From: Ruminococcus albus 7 = DSM 20455
Lineage (GTDB): Bacteria; Bacillota; Clostridia; Oscillospirales; Ruminococcaceae
Length of the DNA stretch: 32,000 nt
Direction of reading: 5' to 3'
Assembly (NCBI RefSeq): GCF_000179635.2
Contig: NC_014833.1
Coordinates: 1,260,001 to 1,292,000 of the forward strand
Shown: one piece after another, positions 11,101-16,963 of the stretch
Layout of the letters: the number at the start of each line of letters is the position of its first letter
Position numbering within the stretch: the first letter of the stretch is position 1
Made by a program: the position numbers and the translations under genes
The notes under the pieces: generated by a model
What the model was told of the DNA's origin: nothing
The model's input: the letters and a program-made list of their open reading frames with translations, nothing else
Databases searched by the model: none

Positions 11101-11277
11101 CATATTTTCTTTATTGCTGAAACCAAGGGTACTATGGAATCACTGAATCTAAAACGCATAGAGCAAGCTAAAATTGATTGTGCAAAAAAGCTTTTCGCTC
11201 AGCTGTCAAAAGCAGATGTTGTATATCATGAAGTTGATAATTATCAGCATCTACTTGATAAAATAAATGAACTATAA
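8167..11277 (+). CDS. res: Type III restriction enzyme Res subunit (SF2 helicase plus PD-(D/E)xK nuclease)
   Basis: taATGg overlap with the mod stop. Motifs seen are METGTGKTYVY (Walker A), IIMDEPQKM (DEAD-like) and SHSALREGWDNPNVF (motif VI, typical of Res). The C-terminal nuclease motif is SPDWAIAF...FFIAETKG. Confidence 0.92.
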   Translation: MADMKFKFTIQPYQTEAVESVVNVFAGQSFNDRFTYRRDVEVERTLLNAQKSDEELYMGFANARVQLDGTQLLANIRKIQGRNNIKLSDSLTTKLGCCSLDVEMETGTGKTYVYIKTMFELNKRYGWSKFIVVVPSIAIREGVRKSFDVMQEHFHEQYGKKARFFVYDSKNLSEIDDFSQSADIHVMIINTQAFNSSFNEAKNVEGRKGDAAARIIFSKRDDFSSRRPIDVIAANNPIIIMDEPQKMGGDKTQAALKQFKPLFVLNYSATHKQHHELVYVLDALDAYNKHLVKRIEVKGFDIKNLRGTDSYLYLSSIIISPKKPPMARIEFEIGYDKSINRETRLLGVDDDLYSLSKNMNQYRGYRISEIDPVRGIVTFTNGEIIHSGEVQGDVSESDLRRVQIRETIRSHFEKEKELFDKGIKCLSLFFIDEVAKYRCYDEDGNEVNSEYGEIFEQEYTDILNEYLTLFDTPYEKYLRSIEVHQTHAGYFSIDKKGRKIDSSLKRGTDESDDISAYDLILKDKERLLSFNTPVRFIFSHSALREGWDNPNVFQICTLKHGGSSPTQKRQEVGRGLRLCVNQNGDRMDSDTLGDLVQQINQLTVIASDGYSEFVADLQRGIREDLYDRPTKASAEYFTGKTLVLNGQDITITEKQGKDIYRYLIKNDYIDDEDHITDQYLTDLANRVLASLPESCIEITEGVHALVQSIYDEHALDDMIRNGNSTTIQENALNDNFYKKEFQTLWNYINHKYAYTVEFDSEELIKKAIAYLDEKMFVAKLQYTVTTGKQEDKLNNETIKTGAGFSTEKSKTYTLDRTEGSSIPYDLIGEIAAGVKLTRRSTARILAGIKPTTYAYYCNNPEEFISKAIRLILEQKATMIVEHISYNQTDGTYDSAIFTAEKNNDFSKAYRAQKHIQDYVFTDGYAKDGQSVERKFVEDIDKADEVCVYAKLPKGFSIPTPVGNYSPDWAIAFHVGMVKHIFFIAETKGTMESLNLKRIEQAKIDCAKKLFAQLSKADVVYHEVDNYQHLLDKINEL

Positions 11278-11302
11278 AACTATGTGATTGAATAAATATA
11301 CG

Positions 11303-11334
11303 GGCTGTGGTTTGTGTGAACCGCAGCCTTTTTT
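11303..11334 (+). terminator. rho-independent terminator of the four-gene operon
   Basis: 10-bp stem ggctgtggtt / aaccgcagcc (one G-U pair), loop tgtgtg, then TTTTTT (11329-11334). Confidence 0.85.
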
Positions 11335-11535
11335 AGTATCAGAATGTTCCCACTCTATACCCCTGTCACCATTTAGCTCAATCAAAATGACACAAAACTA
11401 CTCCTCGTATAGCTCAGCGGCAGGAAAGTTGGCGCTCACAGTTGTTGTATATCTCATTAATCATTGTAAACCGCCTTCTAGTTTTAGGTTGAATATAATG
11501 TAAAACCAACCGCCAGAAAAAAACTATTTCCGAGA

Positions 11536-11659
11536 TATTACTACTTCGGCAATTAAACAATTGGCTCGATTTTACAAGGATTCGCAAATAGTACGCTATT
11601 ACACGTTTTTAAAAGATTGAGCTTGCGCCGGTCAAATTATATAATTGCCGAAGTAATAA
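11536..11659. repeat. 19-bp inverted repeat pair (1 mismatch) separated by 86 bp
   Basis: attactacttcggcaatta (11536-11554) versus the reverse complement of taattgccgaagtaataat (11641-11659). It lies in the intergenic gap between the AT-richer R-M operon and the GC-richer backbone. Confidence 0.5.
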
Positions 11660-11714
11660 TGTGTTGCTTACGACACCAATCACTATAATAACATGCACAT
11701 CAGTTGTTCAGCAT

Positions 11715-12689
11715 TTACATATCTGAATACTTGTCCGAAACCTTATTCAGTTCCTCGGCGAACCCCTTCCTGATGTCCTTCGGCGAGACTATTTCCAATC
11801 CGTCACCATAGCGCATCACCCACAGATAGAACTGCCTGTTTATTCCGCAGCTTACGCGGACTATTGCGTACTCGGGATCATCAAAATCCTCGCGAGAACT
11901 GACGGTGTCCCCAAGCTGCTCGATCATTTCATCAAGAAGATAGCGCCTGATCTTGAAGGTGACGATTTCGTATCTTTCCGGCGGGAATACATCGACTACA
12001 AAGCCCTGCGGTTTTTCGTCCGCGGGGGGCTTGACTTTGCTGACCTCGCCGCCTTTGATGTTCTTCATGCGGTCAATGCGGTATGTGCGGAACTGCCCTG
12101 TTTCCTCGTTAAAGCACCGAAGATAGAACCTCTCATTCATATAAATAACCTTGACAGGCAGCATATTTCGGCGTTTGTCGTAGTATATCACCTGCTGGTG
12201 TGTGTCGAATTTCCCATAGCTGAAATTGATCCTGCGTTTTTCGGAGATCAGCTTGTGTATCGTATCAAGGTTTCCGAGAAGGTCACGAGGTACTCTGCCC
12301 GCCTCGTTCAGCTCGATACGGCTGATGAGCTGCCTTATCTCCGCTTCGGAGCACATACTTTCAAACTTTTTTATCAGCTCCTGCTTCTGTCTTGCGGAGA
12401 GATACTTATTGATAGAAACAGAGTCAACGAGAAAGCGCAGTTCACCCACCGTGAAGCTCTTGTTCGTCAGATGATAGTATGTCGTGTTGTGAGCACCGAT
12501 AGTTTTGGTTATATGATAACCCGCAGTTTCAAGCCGCTCTATATCACGCCGGACGGTCAGCGCGGACACATCATACATACCTGCACTGTTTGCAAGGTGA
12601 TCTCTGATATTTCTGATCGTTACTCCATGCTCCTCGTCCGTTGCCCGGGTGAGGTAATTCAGAATATGTATTATCCGCTCGTGGTCCAT
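11715..12689 (-). CDS. WYL-domain transcriptional regulator (wHTH-WYL-WCX architecture)
   Basis: N-terminal winged HTH (IIHILNYL...LTVRRDIERLETAGYHI). WYL core is LPVKVIYMNERFYLRCFNEETGQFRTYRIDRMKNI. The C-terminal extension ends in GDGLEIVSPKDIR. RBS is gggagg. Confidence 0.85.
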   Translation of the reverse strand: MDHERIIHILNYLTRATDEEHGVTIRNIRDHLANSAGMYDVSALTVRRDIERLETAGYHITKTIGAHNTTYYHLTNKSFTVGELRFLVDSVSINKYLSARQKQELIKKFESMCSEAEIRQLISRIELNEAGRVPRDLLGNLDTIHKLISEKRRINFSYGKFDTHQQVIYYDKRRNMLPVKVIYMNERFYLRCFNEETGQFRTYRIDRMKNIKGGEVSKVKPPADEKPQGFVVDVFPPERYEIVTFKIRRYLLDEMIEQLGDTVSSREDFDDPEYAIVRVSCGINRQFYLWVMRYGDGLEIVSPKDIRKGFAEELNKVSDKYSDM

Positions 12690-12730
12690 AGCTGCCTCCC
12701 AACAAGAAAAGAAATAACGACTACAATAGA

Positions 12731-12759
12731 ATTATATCATAAAATCCCGTCGAAAGCAA
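12731..12759 (-). promoter_or_regulatory. promoter of the WYL regulator gene
   Basis: On the minus strand: -35 TTGCTT, a 17-nt spacer ending in TATGa, and -10 TATAAT. Confidence 0.5.
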
Positions 12760-12778
12760 TACTGAGGCAGCTTCATTT

Positions 12779-13351
12779 TCAATTCTCCCGTACTAATCCC
12801 ACGAAAACAAAGCTTTTATAGCGTTTACTGTAATCATATCCGATCTTTCTCATTTGATGGTATATAGGCAATTTTATTATTCTGTTGTATTCCATTCCCT
12901 CATACAGGTTTGATTTCATCAATATTTTCTCGATCTCGGAACTTTGATCGTATGTATCTTCTTCATCTTGCAGGCTCTCAGACCATTTCCCGGGCATAAT
13001 TCCGCGAGTATCAAAGAAAGGAATCTTTCCGATACTATCAAAACATAGATCAGCAGATTTTGTATCGTCCCCTGGGAACAAGTAGCCTCCGCAGACCTCG
13101 CATTTAATAACAAGATGCTTGTCCGGGTCGATCCACAAATAAGAATCGGCATCATCATCAACCGTCGGTTTACCATATACATGAGCTTTCACCGGAGTGT
13201 TAATAGTGCGGAAAGATAATTCTCTGCCGCATGTTTTACAGTAAGACACCAGATCATACGAACCAGCTTCGCAACAGGTCGCTCTTTTTACATTTTCACA
13301 TCTGATTTCAACAGTATGTTGGTGCTGTAATACAGTTGACATTTTAAGCAT
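12779..13351 (-). CDS. hypothetical Cys-rich (zinc-ribbon-like) protein, 190 aa
   Basis: RBS aaggagg lies 9 nt upstream of the ATG. The N-terminal half holds Cys clusters (RCEN, TCCE, YCKTCG, KCEVCG). The C-terminal half has no recognisable motif. Confidence 0.7.
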   Translation of the reverse strand: MLKMSTVLQHQHTVEIRCENVKRATCCEAGSYDLVSYCKTCGRELSFRTINTPVKAHVYGKPTVDDDADSYLWIDPDKHLVIKCEVCGGYLFPGDDTKSADLCFDSIGKIPFFDTRGIMPGKWSESLQDEEDTYDQSSEIEKILMKSNLYEGMEYNRIIKLPIYHQMRKIGYDYSKRYKSFVFVGLVREN

Positions 13352-13385
13352 AACGATTTACCTCCTTTTCCACTTCGTTACGTCT

Positions 13386-13394
13386 ATTATAGCA
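13386..13394 (-). promoter_or_regulatory. extended -10 element upstream of the Cys-rich protein gene
   Basis: The minus strand reads gaTGTGcTATAATag. The -35 is weak. Confidence 0.4.
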
Positions 13395-13464
13395 CATCAG
13401 ATGTTCAGTTTTTGCACAACTGGAGAGTTTTTTTAGCGAAGGGAAAGTGGAGATAGAAAATATC

Positions 13465-13748
13465 AAGGCTTCTGCATACAAACCAGCAGAAGCCTTTGCT
13501 ATATGAGCGTATGCTCTATTCCGGGGAGGTCTCGGAGGGTACTCCCTCTGAGCAGGTAGTACCGCACAGCCTATGCAAAGCCCGCCATGAGTCGGGGTTT
13601 GTATAGCCAGCGGTGCTACCTGCCTATGCTGCCATTTACGCAGCATGAACTTTTTTCGCCGCGCTTTTTGCGCGGCTGAACGCACAAACGAATAATAAAG
13701 CACGACAGCGATACCGAAACGCACTTTGTTCGGTACCGCTGTTTTTTT
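13465..13748 (+). other. hairpin-dense noncoding region (candidate ncRNA, single-strand origin or oriT)
   Basis: Consecutive strong hairpins, found by hand pairing: 13465-13496 (11 bp), 13531-13552 (9 bp), and a ~70-nt compound hairpin at 13553-13622 (13-bp outer plus 13-bp inner stem). These are followed by 13626-13646 plus T6, 13658-13676, and 13707-13740 plus T7. The only ORF here (minus strand, 165 aa) is R/K-rich and looks noncoding. Confidence 0.35.
13707..13748 (+). terminator. rho-independent terminator-like hairpin with no upstream plus-strand CDS
   Basis: Stem agcgataccgaa / ttcggtaccgct (12 bp, 1 mismatch) followed by TTTTTTT (13742-13748). Confidence 0.5.
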
Positions 13749-13872
13749 ATGCCTGTTTTTCATACCATTTTTGCTGCAAATTAGTATCAGGCGCGTATGC
13801 GCCGACGCGATTTTTGGTATCAGCGGAATTTTACATCGCAAAATTAATCCTTTTTCGCTCCTTTTTCACTCA

Positions 13873-13901
13873 ATGACAAATCGGAGAATCTGTGGTATAT
13901 T
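13873..13901 (+). promoter_or_regulatory. promoter of the parM-mob operon
   Basis: -35 ATGACA, a 17-nt spacer ending in TGTGg, and -10 TATATT. Confidence 0.5.
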
Positions 13902-13965
13902 AAAGCACGACGGAAGGCATCAGAGAGGTGCTACAACCGTCTGAATATGAAATGGAGGGATTTCA

Positions 13966-14886
13966 ATGAGAGAATTGAAGAACGGAACGAAGATCATAGG
14001 CGTGGATCACGGCTATGGCAACATCAAGACTGCCAACACGATCATGCCCACGGGTATCACGGCGTATCAGACTGCGCCGACCTTTGACGGGAACATTCTG
14101 ATCTATGACGGAGTGTACTACCGCATAGGTGAGGGACACAAAGCATTTATTGCTGACAAGTCGATGGACGAGGATTTCTATCTGCTGACACTCGCGGCTG
14201 CCGCACAGGAGCTTCGCTGTTTGTACTGCACCGAAGCCGATGTGCATATCGCGGGGGGGCTGCCTCTGACGTGGGTCAAGACCCAGCGTGAGGATTTCCG
14301 CAGGTACATTATGAAGAACAAGAATGTGAAGTTCACGTTTAATGACGTGGCGTACAAGCTTCACCTTGTCGGGTGCTCGATCTATCCGCAAGGGTATCCC
14401 GCTGTGGTTGACAGGCTTCCGCAGCTGACGGGCGTGAACCTGCTGGCGGACATCGGTAACGGCACCATGAACATCATGTTCATCAACAACAAGCGTCCGA
14501 TAGAAAGCAAGTGCTATACGGAGAAGCTCGGCGTGAATCAGTGTGTGATAGCGGCGAAAAATGCAGTCATGGATAAGTTCTGCACGAAAATCGACGAGAG
14601 CATTATCGAGCAGGTCATTCGCACCGGCAAGGCGGATATTTCGGAAAAGTATCTGAACTGCATAACCGTTACTATTAAATCGTACTGCGGCGAATTGTTC
14701 CAGACGCTTGACAAATATGAGTACGACCCCGAGCTGATGAGGCTCTATATTGCGGGCGGCGGGGGCTGCATCATCCAGAATTTTGGAGAGTATGACATAA
14801 GCAGGGTGACGATAATTGATGACATTTGCGCGGCGGCAAAGGGGTATGAAACGATCGCATATGAACAGCTGAAAAAGGAGGGTTAA
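13966..14886 (+). CDS. parM: ParM/StbA-family actin-like segregation ATPase
   Basis: RBS ggaggg. Actin-fold phosphate-binding motifs are IIGVDHGYGNIKT, LLADIGNGTMNI and LYIAGGGG. Confidence 0.85.
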   Translation: MRELKNGTKIIGVDHGYGNIKTANTIMPTGITAYQTAPTFDGNILIYDGVYYRIGEGHKAFIADKSMDEDFYLLTLAAAAQELRCLYCTEADVHIAGGLPLTWVKTQREDFRRYIMKNKNVKFTFNDVAYKLHLVGCSIYPQGYPAVVDRLPQLTGVNLLADIGNGTMNIMFINNKRPIESKCYTEKLGVNQCVIAAKNAVMDKFCTKIDESIIEQVIRTGKADISEKYLNCITVTIKSYCGELFQTLDKYEYDPELMRLYIAGGGGCIIQNFGEYDISRVTIIDDICAAAKGYETIAYEQLKKEG

Positions 14887-14887
14887 C

Positions 14888-15277
14888 ATGAGCAATATCA
14901 AATGTACCACGTTGCGATTCAATCTCGACAAGCCTCTTGACAGACAGGCGTGGGATTATCTGCAAGGCATGGATAAGGACGAGTTCAAGTCATACAGTCA
15001 GGCTGTCGCAGTTGCTGTGACGGATTATTTCAAGAATTATTATCGCAAGAAAGATGACCCGTATTTTGAGACCCGCGAGCGCGAGGATAAGTTCGTTGAG
15101 CAAATCGTTTCTGCGGTTGAGACTGCTGTCGAGAAATCTCTGCCTACATTCCTTGCGGCTTGCTTCACGAAAATGGTCATGCCGTATAACACGGCTGCAC
15201 CGACCATAAATATCACGAACACAAACGAGAATAATGTGTCTGCCGACGATATTGATTTCGATTTCGTCGGCGGGTAA
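14888..15277 (+). CDS. small protein, possible ParR-like ribbon-helix-helix adaptor
   Basis: The ATG lies 1 nt after the parM stop, with RBS aggagg. The N-terminus TLRFNLDKPLDRQAWDYL looks RHH-like. The call rests on position after parM, not on homology. Confidence 0.5.
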   Translation: MSNIKCTTLRFNLDKPLDRQAWDYLQGMDKDEFKSYSQAVAVAVTDYFKNYYRKKDDPYFETREREDKFVEQIVSAVETAVEKSLPTFLAACFTKMVMPYNTAAPTINITNTNENNVSADDIDFDFVGG

Positions 15278-15286
15278 GGAGGTCTA

Positions 15287-15625
15287 ATGAATAGAAACAG
15301 GGACAAGCAGTTTAATATAAGGCTGACCGAAAAGGAGTTGGAGGCTTTTGAAAAAAAGCGTAAGGCAAGCGGTATGAGCAAAACGGATTTTTTCATGAAG
15401 CTGGTGCGCGGCTCTAATATAAAGGTATACAGATTCGATGATGAGGTAAAATCTATCGTCCATGAGCTGAGAAAGATCGGCGTGAATCTGAATCAGGTGG
15501 CGTATTTTGCAAATACTTTTCAGAGCGATAAGGCGCAGGTCGCGCTGAGGTATTATCAGAAAAGCTTTTGTGAGGCGATGGACAGGCTGTCGGCATTCCT
15601 TGACAAGCCACTTGTGGAGGACTAA
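15287..15625 (+). CDS. mobC: MobC-family relaxosome accessory protein
   Basis: RBS aaggagg. N-terminal RHH-like FNIRLTEKELEAFEKK and the hallmark ELRKIGVNLNQVAYFAN. Confidence 0.8.
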   Translation: MNRNRDKQFNIRLTEKELEAFEKKRKASGMSKTDFFMKLVRGSNIKVYRFDDEVKSIVHELRKIGVNLNQVAYFANTFQSDKAQVALRYYQKSFCEAMDRLSAFLDKPLVED

Positions 15626-16731
15626 TGCCGTTCGGGAACGTCAATGTTGATTACGCGCCCTGCAAGTCGGTCGGGGCGCTGAAAGCCGCGGCGGACTATA
15701 TGCTCGGACAGAAAAAGGAGCAGATCGAAAGCGGTGTGAAAAAGACTTCCGAGGGGCTTTATACTGCCCTGGGCTGCAACCGCGAGAACTTCGCAAACGG
15801 CATACTGGTCACGCGCAAACTGAACGGTAAAAGCTACTCTAAGCACAAGGCGAATACTATTCTTGCGCATAAAATGTCGATCTCGTTTCACCCGCTGGAT
15901 AATGTGGATAACAAAACAGCCTTTGAGATAGCGCAGGATTTTGCGGAGCATTTTATTCACAGCAAAGGCTACGAGGTGCTGTTCGCGGTGCATACCGATA
16001 CCGATCACATTCACGCGCATTTTCTGATCAGTAACTGTAACATGGAAAACGGCAAGTCATATCGCAGAAGCCAGCATGATCTTTATGAGATGTCGAAGTA
16101 TTTCGGGCAGAAATGTCTGGAGCATGGTTTCACTCATTCGGTAAGGGATAGTTTCTATAATCACGATATGTCACGTCAAAAAGACAAGCTGACATTCGGT
16201 GAAGCACAAATGAAAAAGCGAGGCGCGGAGAGCTTTAAGGACGAATTGCGTGAGGTAATAAGAATAGAACTTGCAGACCCGAACAACCGCACTTTCGATG
16301 ATGTTATTCGTAGTTTGAAAGAGCATTACAATGTCGAGTGCAGGGTCGTGGGGAATACGGTGTCTTATAAGCACCCGCAGTATTTGGACAAGAACGGTAA
16401 GTCGGTCTCTGTCCGCGGAAGCAGGTTAGGAGATCTATACACGAGAAAGGGGATAGAATATGAGCTTACAAAGAAATGCCGAGAATACTCCACAGCAGGA
16501 GCTTTCCGGGCTGTGGGAGAACGTTATGAAACTGAAAGCAGAGGAACGTCAGACGGCAGAGGACAAGTACCAGACCGCACTGCTGCTCGCAACAGTAGAC
16601 AAGATGTGCACGGTCTTGACGGATTTTATGAAAGATACACAGACAGAGCTGCGGAAGATGAACGAGAATCAGCTGCGGCTGTTGGACATTCAGGAGCAGT
16701 ATCGCCAAAGCGTAAGAAAAGACGCCGCTAA
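15625..16731 (+). CDS. relaxase/mobilization nuclease (MobA/VirD2 family)
   Basis: taATG overlap with mobC. Histidine-triad metal motif HTDTDHIHAHFLISN. The last ~90 codons overlap ORF 16460-16963 and read as R/G/A-rich low complexity, so the true C-terminus is uncertain. Confidence 0.85.
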   Translation: MPFGNVNVDYAPCKSVGALKAAADYMLGQKKEQIESGVKKTSEGLYTALGCNRENFANGILVTRKLNGKSYSKHKANTILAHKMSISFHPLDNVDNKTAFEIAQDFAEHFIHSKGYEVLFAVHTDTDHIHAHFLISNCNMENGKSYRRSQHDLYEMSKYFGQKCLEHGFTHSVRDSFYNHDMSRQKDKLTFGEAQMKKRGAESFKDELREVIRIELADPNNRTFDDVIRSLKEHYNVECRVVGNTVSYKHPQYLDKNGKSVSVRGSRLGDLYTRKGIEYELTKKCREYSTAGAFRAVGERYETESRGTSDGRGQVPDRTAARNSRQDVHGLDGFYERYTDRAAEDERESAAAVGHSGAVSPKRKKRRR

Positions 16732-16963
16732 GGTGCTGAATGATAATCTTAACAATATCATCGGTCAGCAGAACAAGATGTTTGATAAACTATTGGCGAA
16801 CAGCAAAAACGCAGTTTCGGAGATGGAAACTGCGTTGGAAAAGAGTGCTGAAAAGTTGAACAAAGCAAGTCATGCGGCGGGACTTATTGGTTTGTGGTAC
16901 AGTCTTGCGCCCGTCGCGGTCATCGTGCAGACGGTCATTCTGCTGTGGCAGCATTTTCACTGA
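16460..16963 (+). CDS. hypothetical coiled-coil protein with C-terminal transmembrane helix
   Basis: RBS aaagggga precedes the ATG. Composition is coiled-coil like (Q/E/K/L). The C-terminus LIGLWYSLAPVAVIVQTVILLW is hydrophobic. It lies in the +1 frame relative to the relaxase tail. Confidence 0.55.
   Translation: MSLQRNAENTPQQELSGLWENVMKLKAEERQTAEDKYQTALLLATVDKMCTVLTDFMKDTQTELRKMNENQLRLLDIQEQYRQSVRKDAAKVLNDNLNNIIGQQNKMFDKLLANSKNAVSEMETALEKSAEKLNKASHAAGLIGLWYSLAPVAVIVQTVILLWQHFH

Noticed and set aside
11288-11503. 71-aa ORF, plus a tRNA-like string tagctcagcgg at 11410-11420
   Set aside because: The ORF starts inside the operon terminator and has no RBS. The D-loop-like string is not followed by a closing D-stem or any cloverleaf that I could fold.
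13344-13841. 165-aa minus-strand ORF across the hairpin-dense region
   Set aside because: The translation is R/K/P-rich and low in complexity, its start overlaps the upstream gene, and it runs through consecutive strong hairpins. The region is treated as noncoding.
13963-14931. 322-aa minus-strand ORF; similar long antisense ORFs lie at 19720-20787, 8134-9036, 6050-6670, 9892-10509 and 12198-12821
   Set aside because: Each lies antisense within a gene that has clear family motifs, and none has a plausible RBS. They are shadow ORFs.
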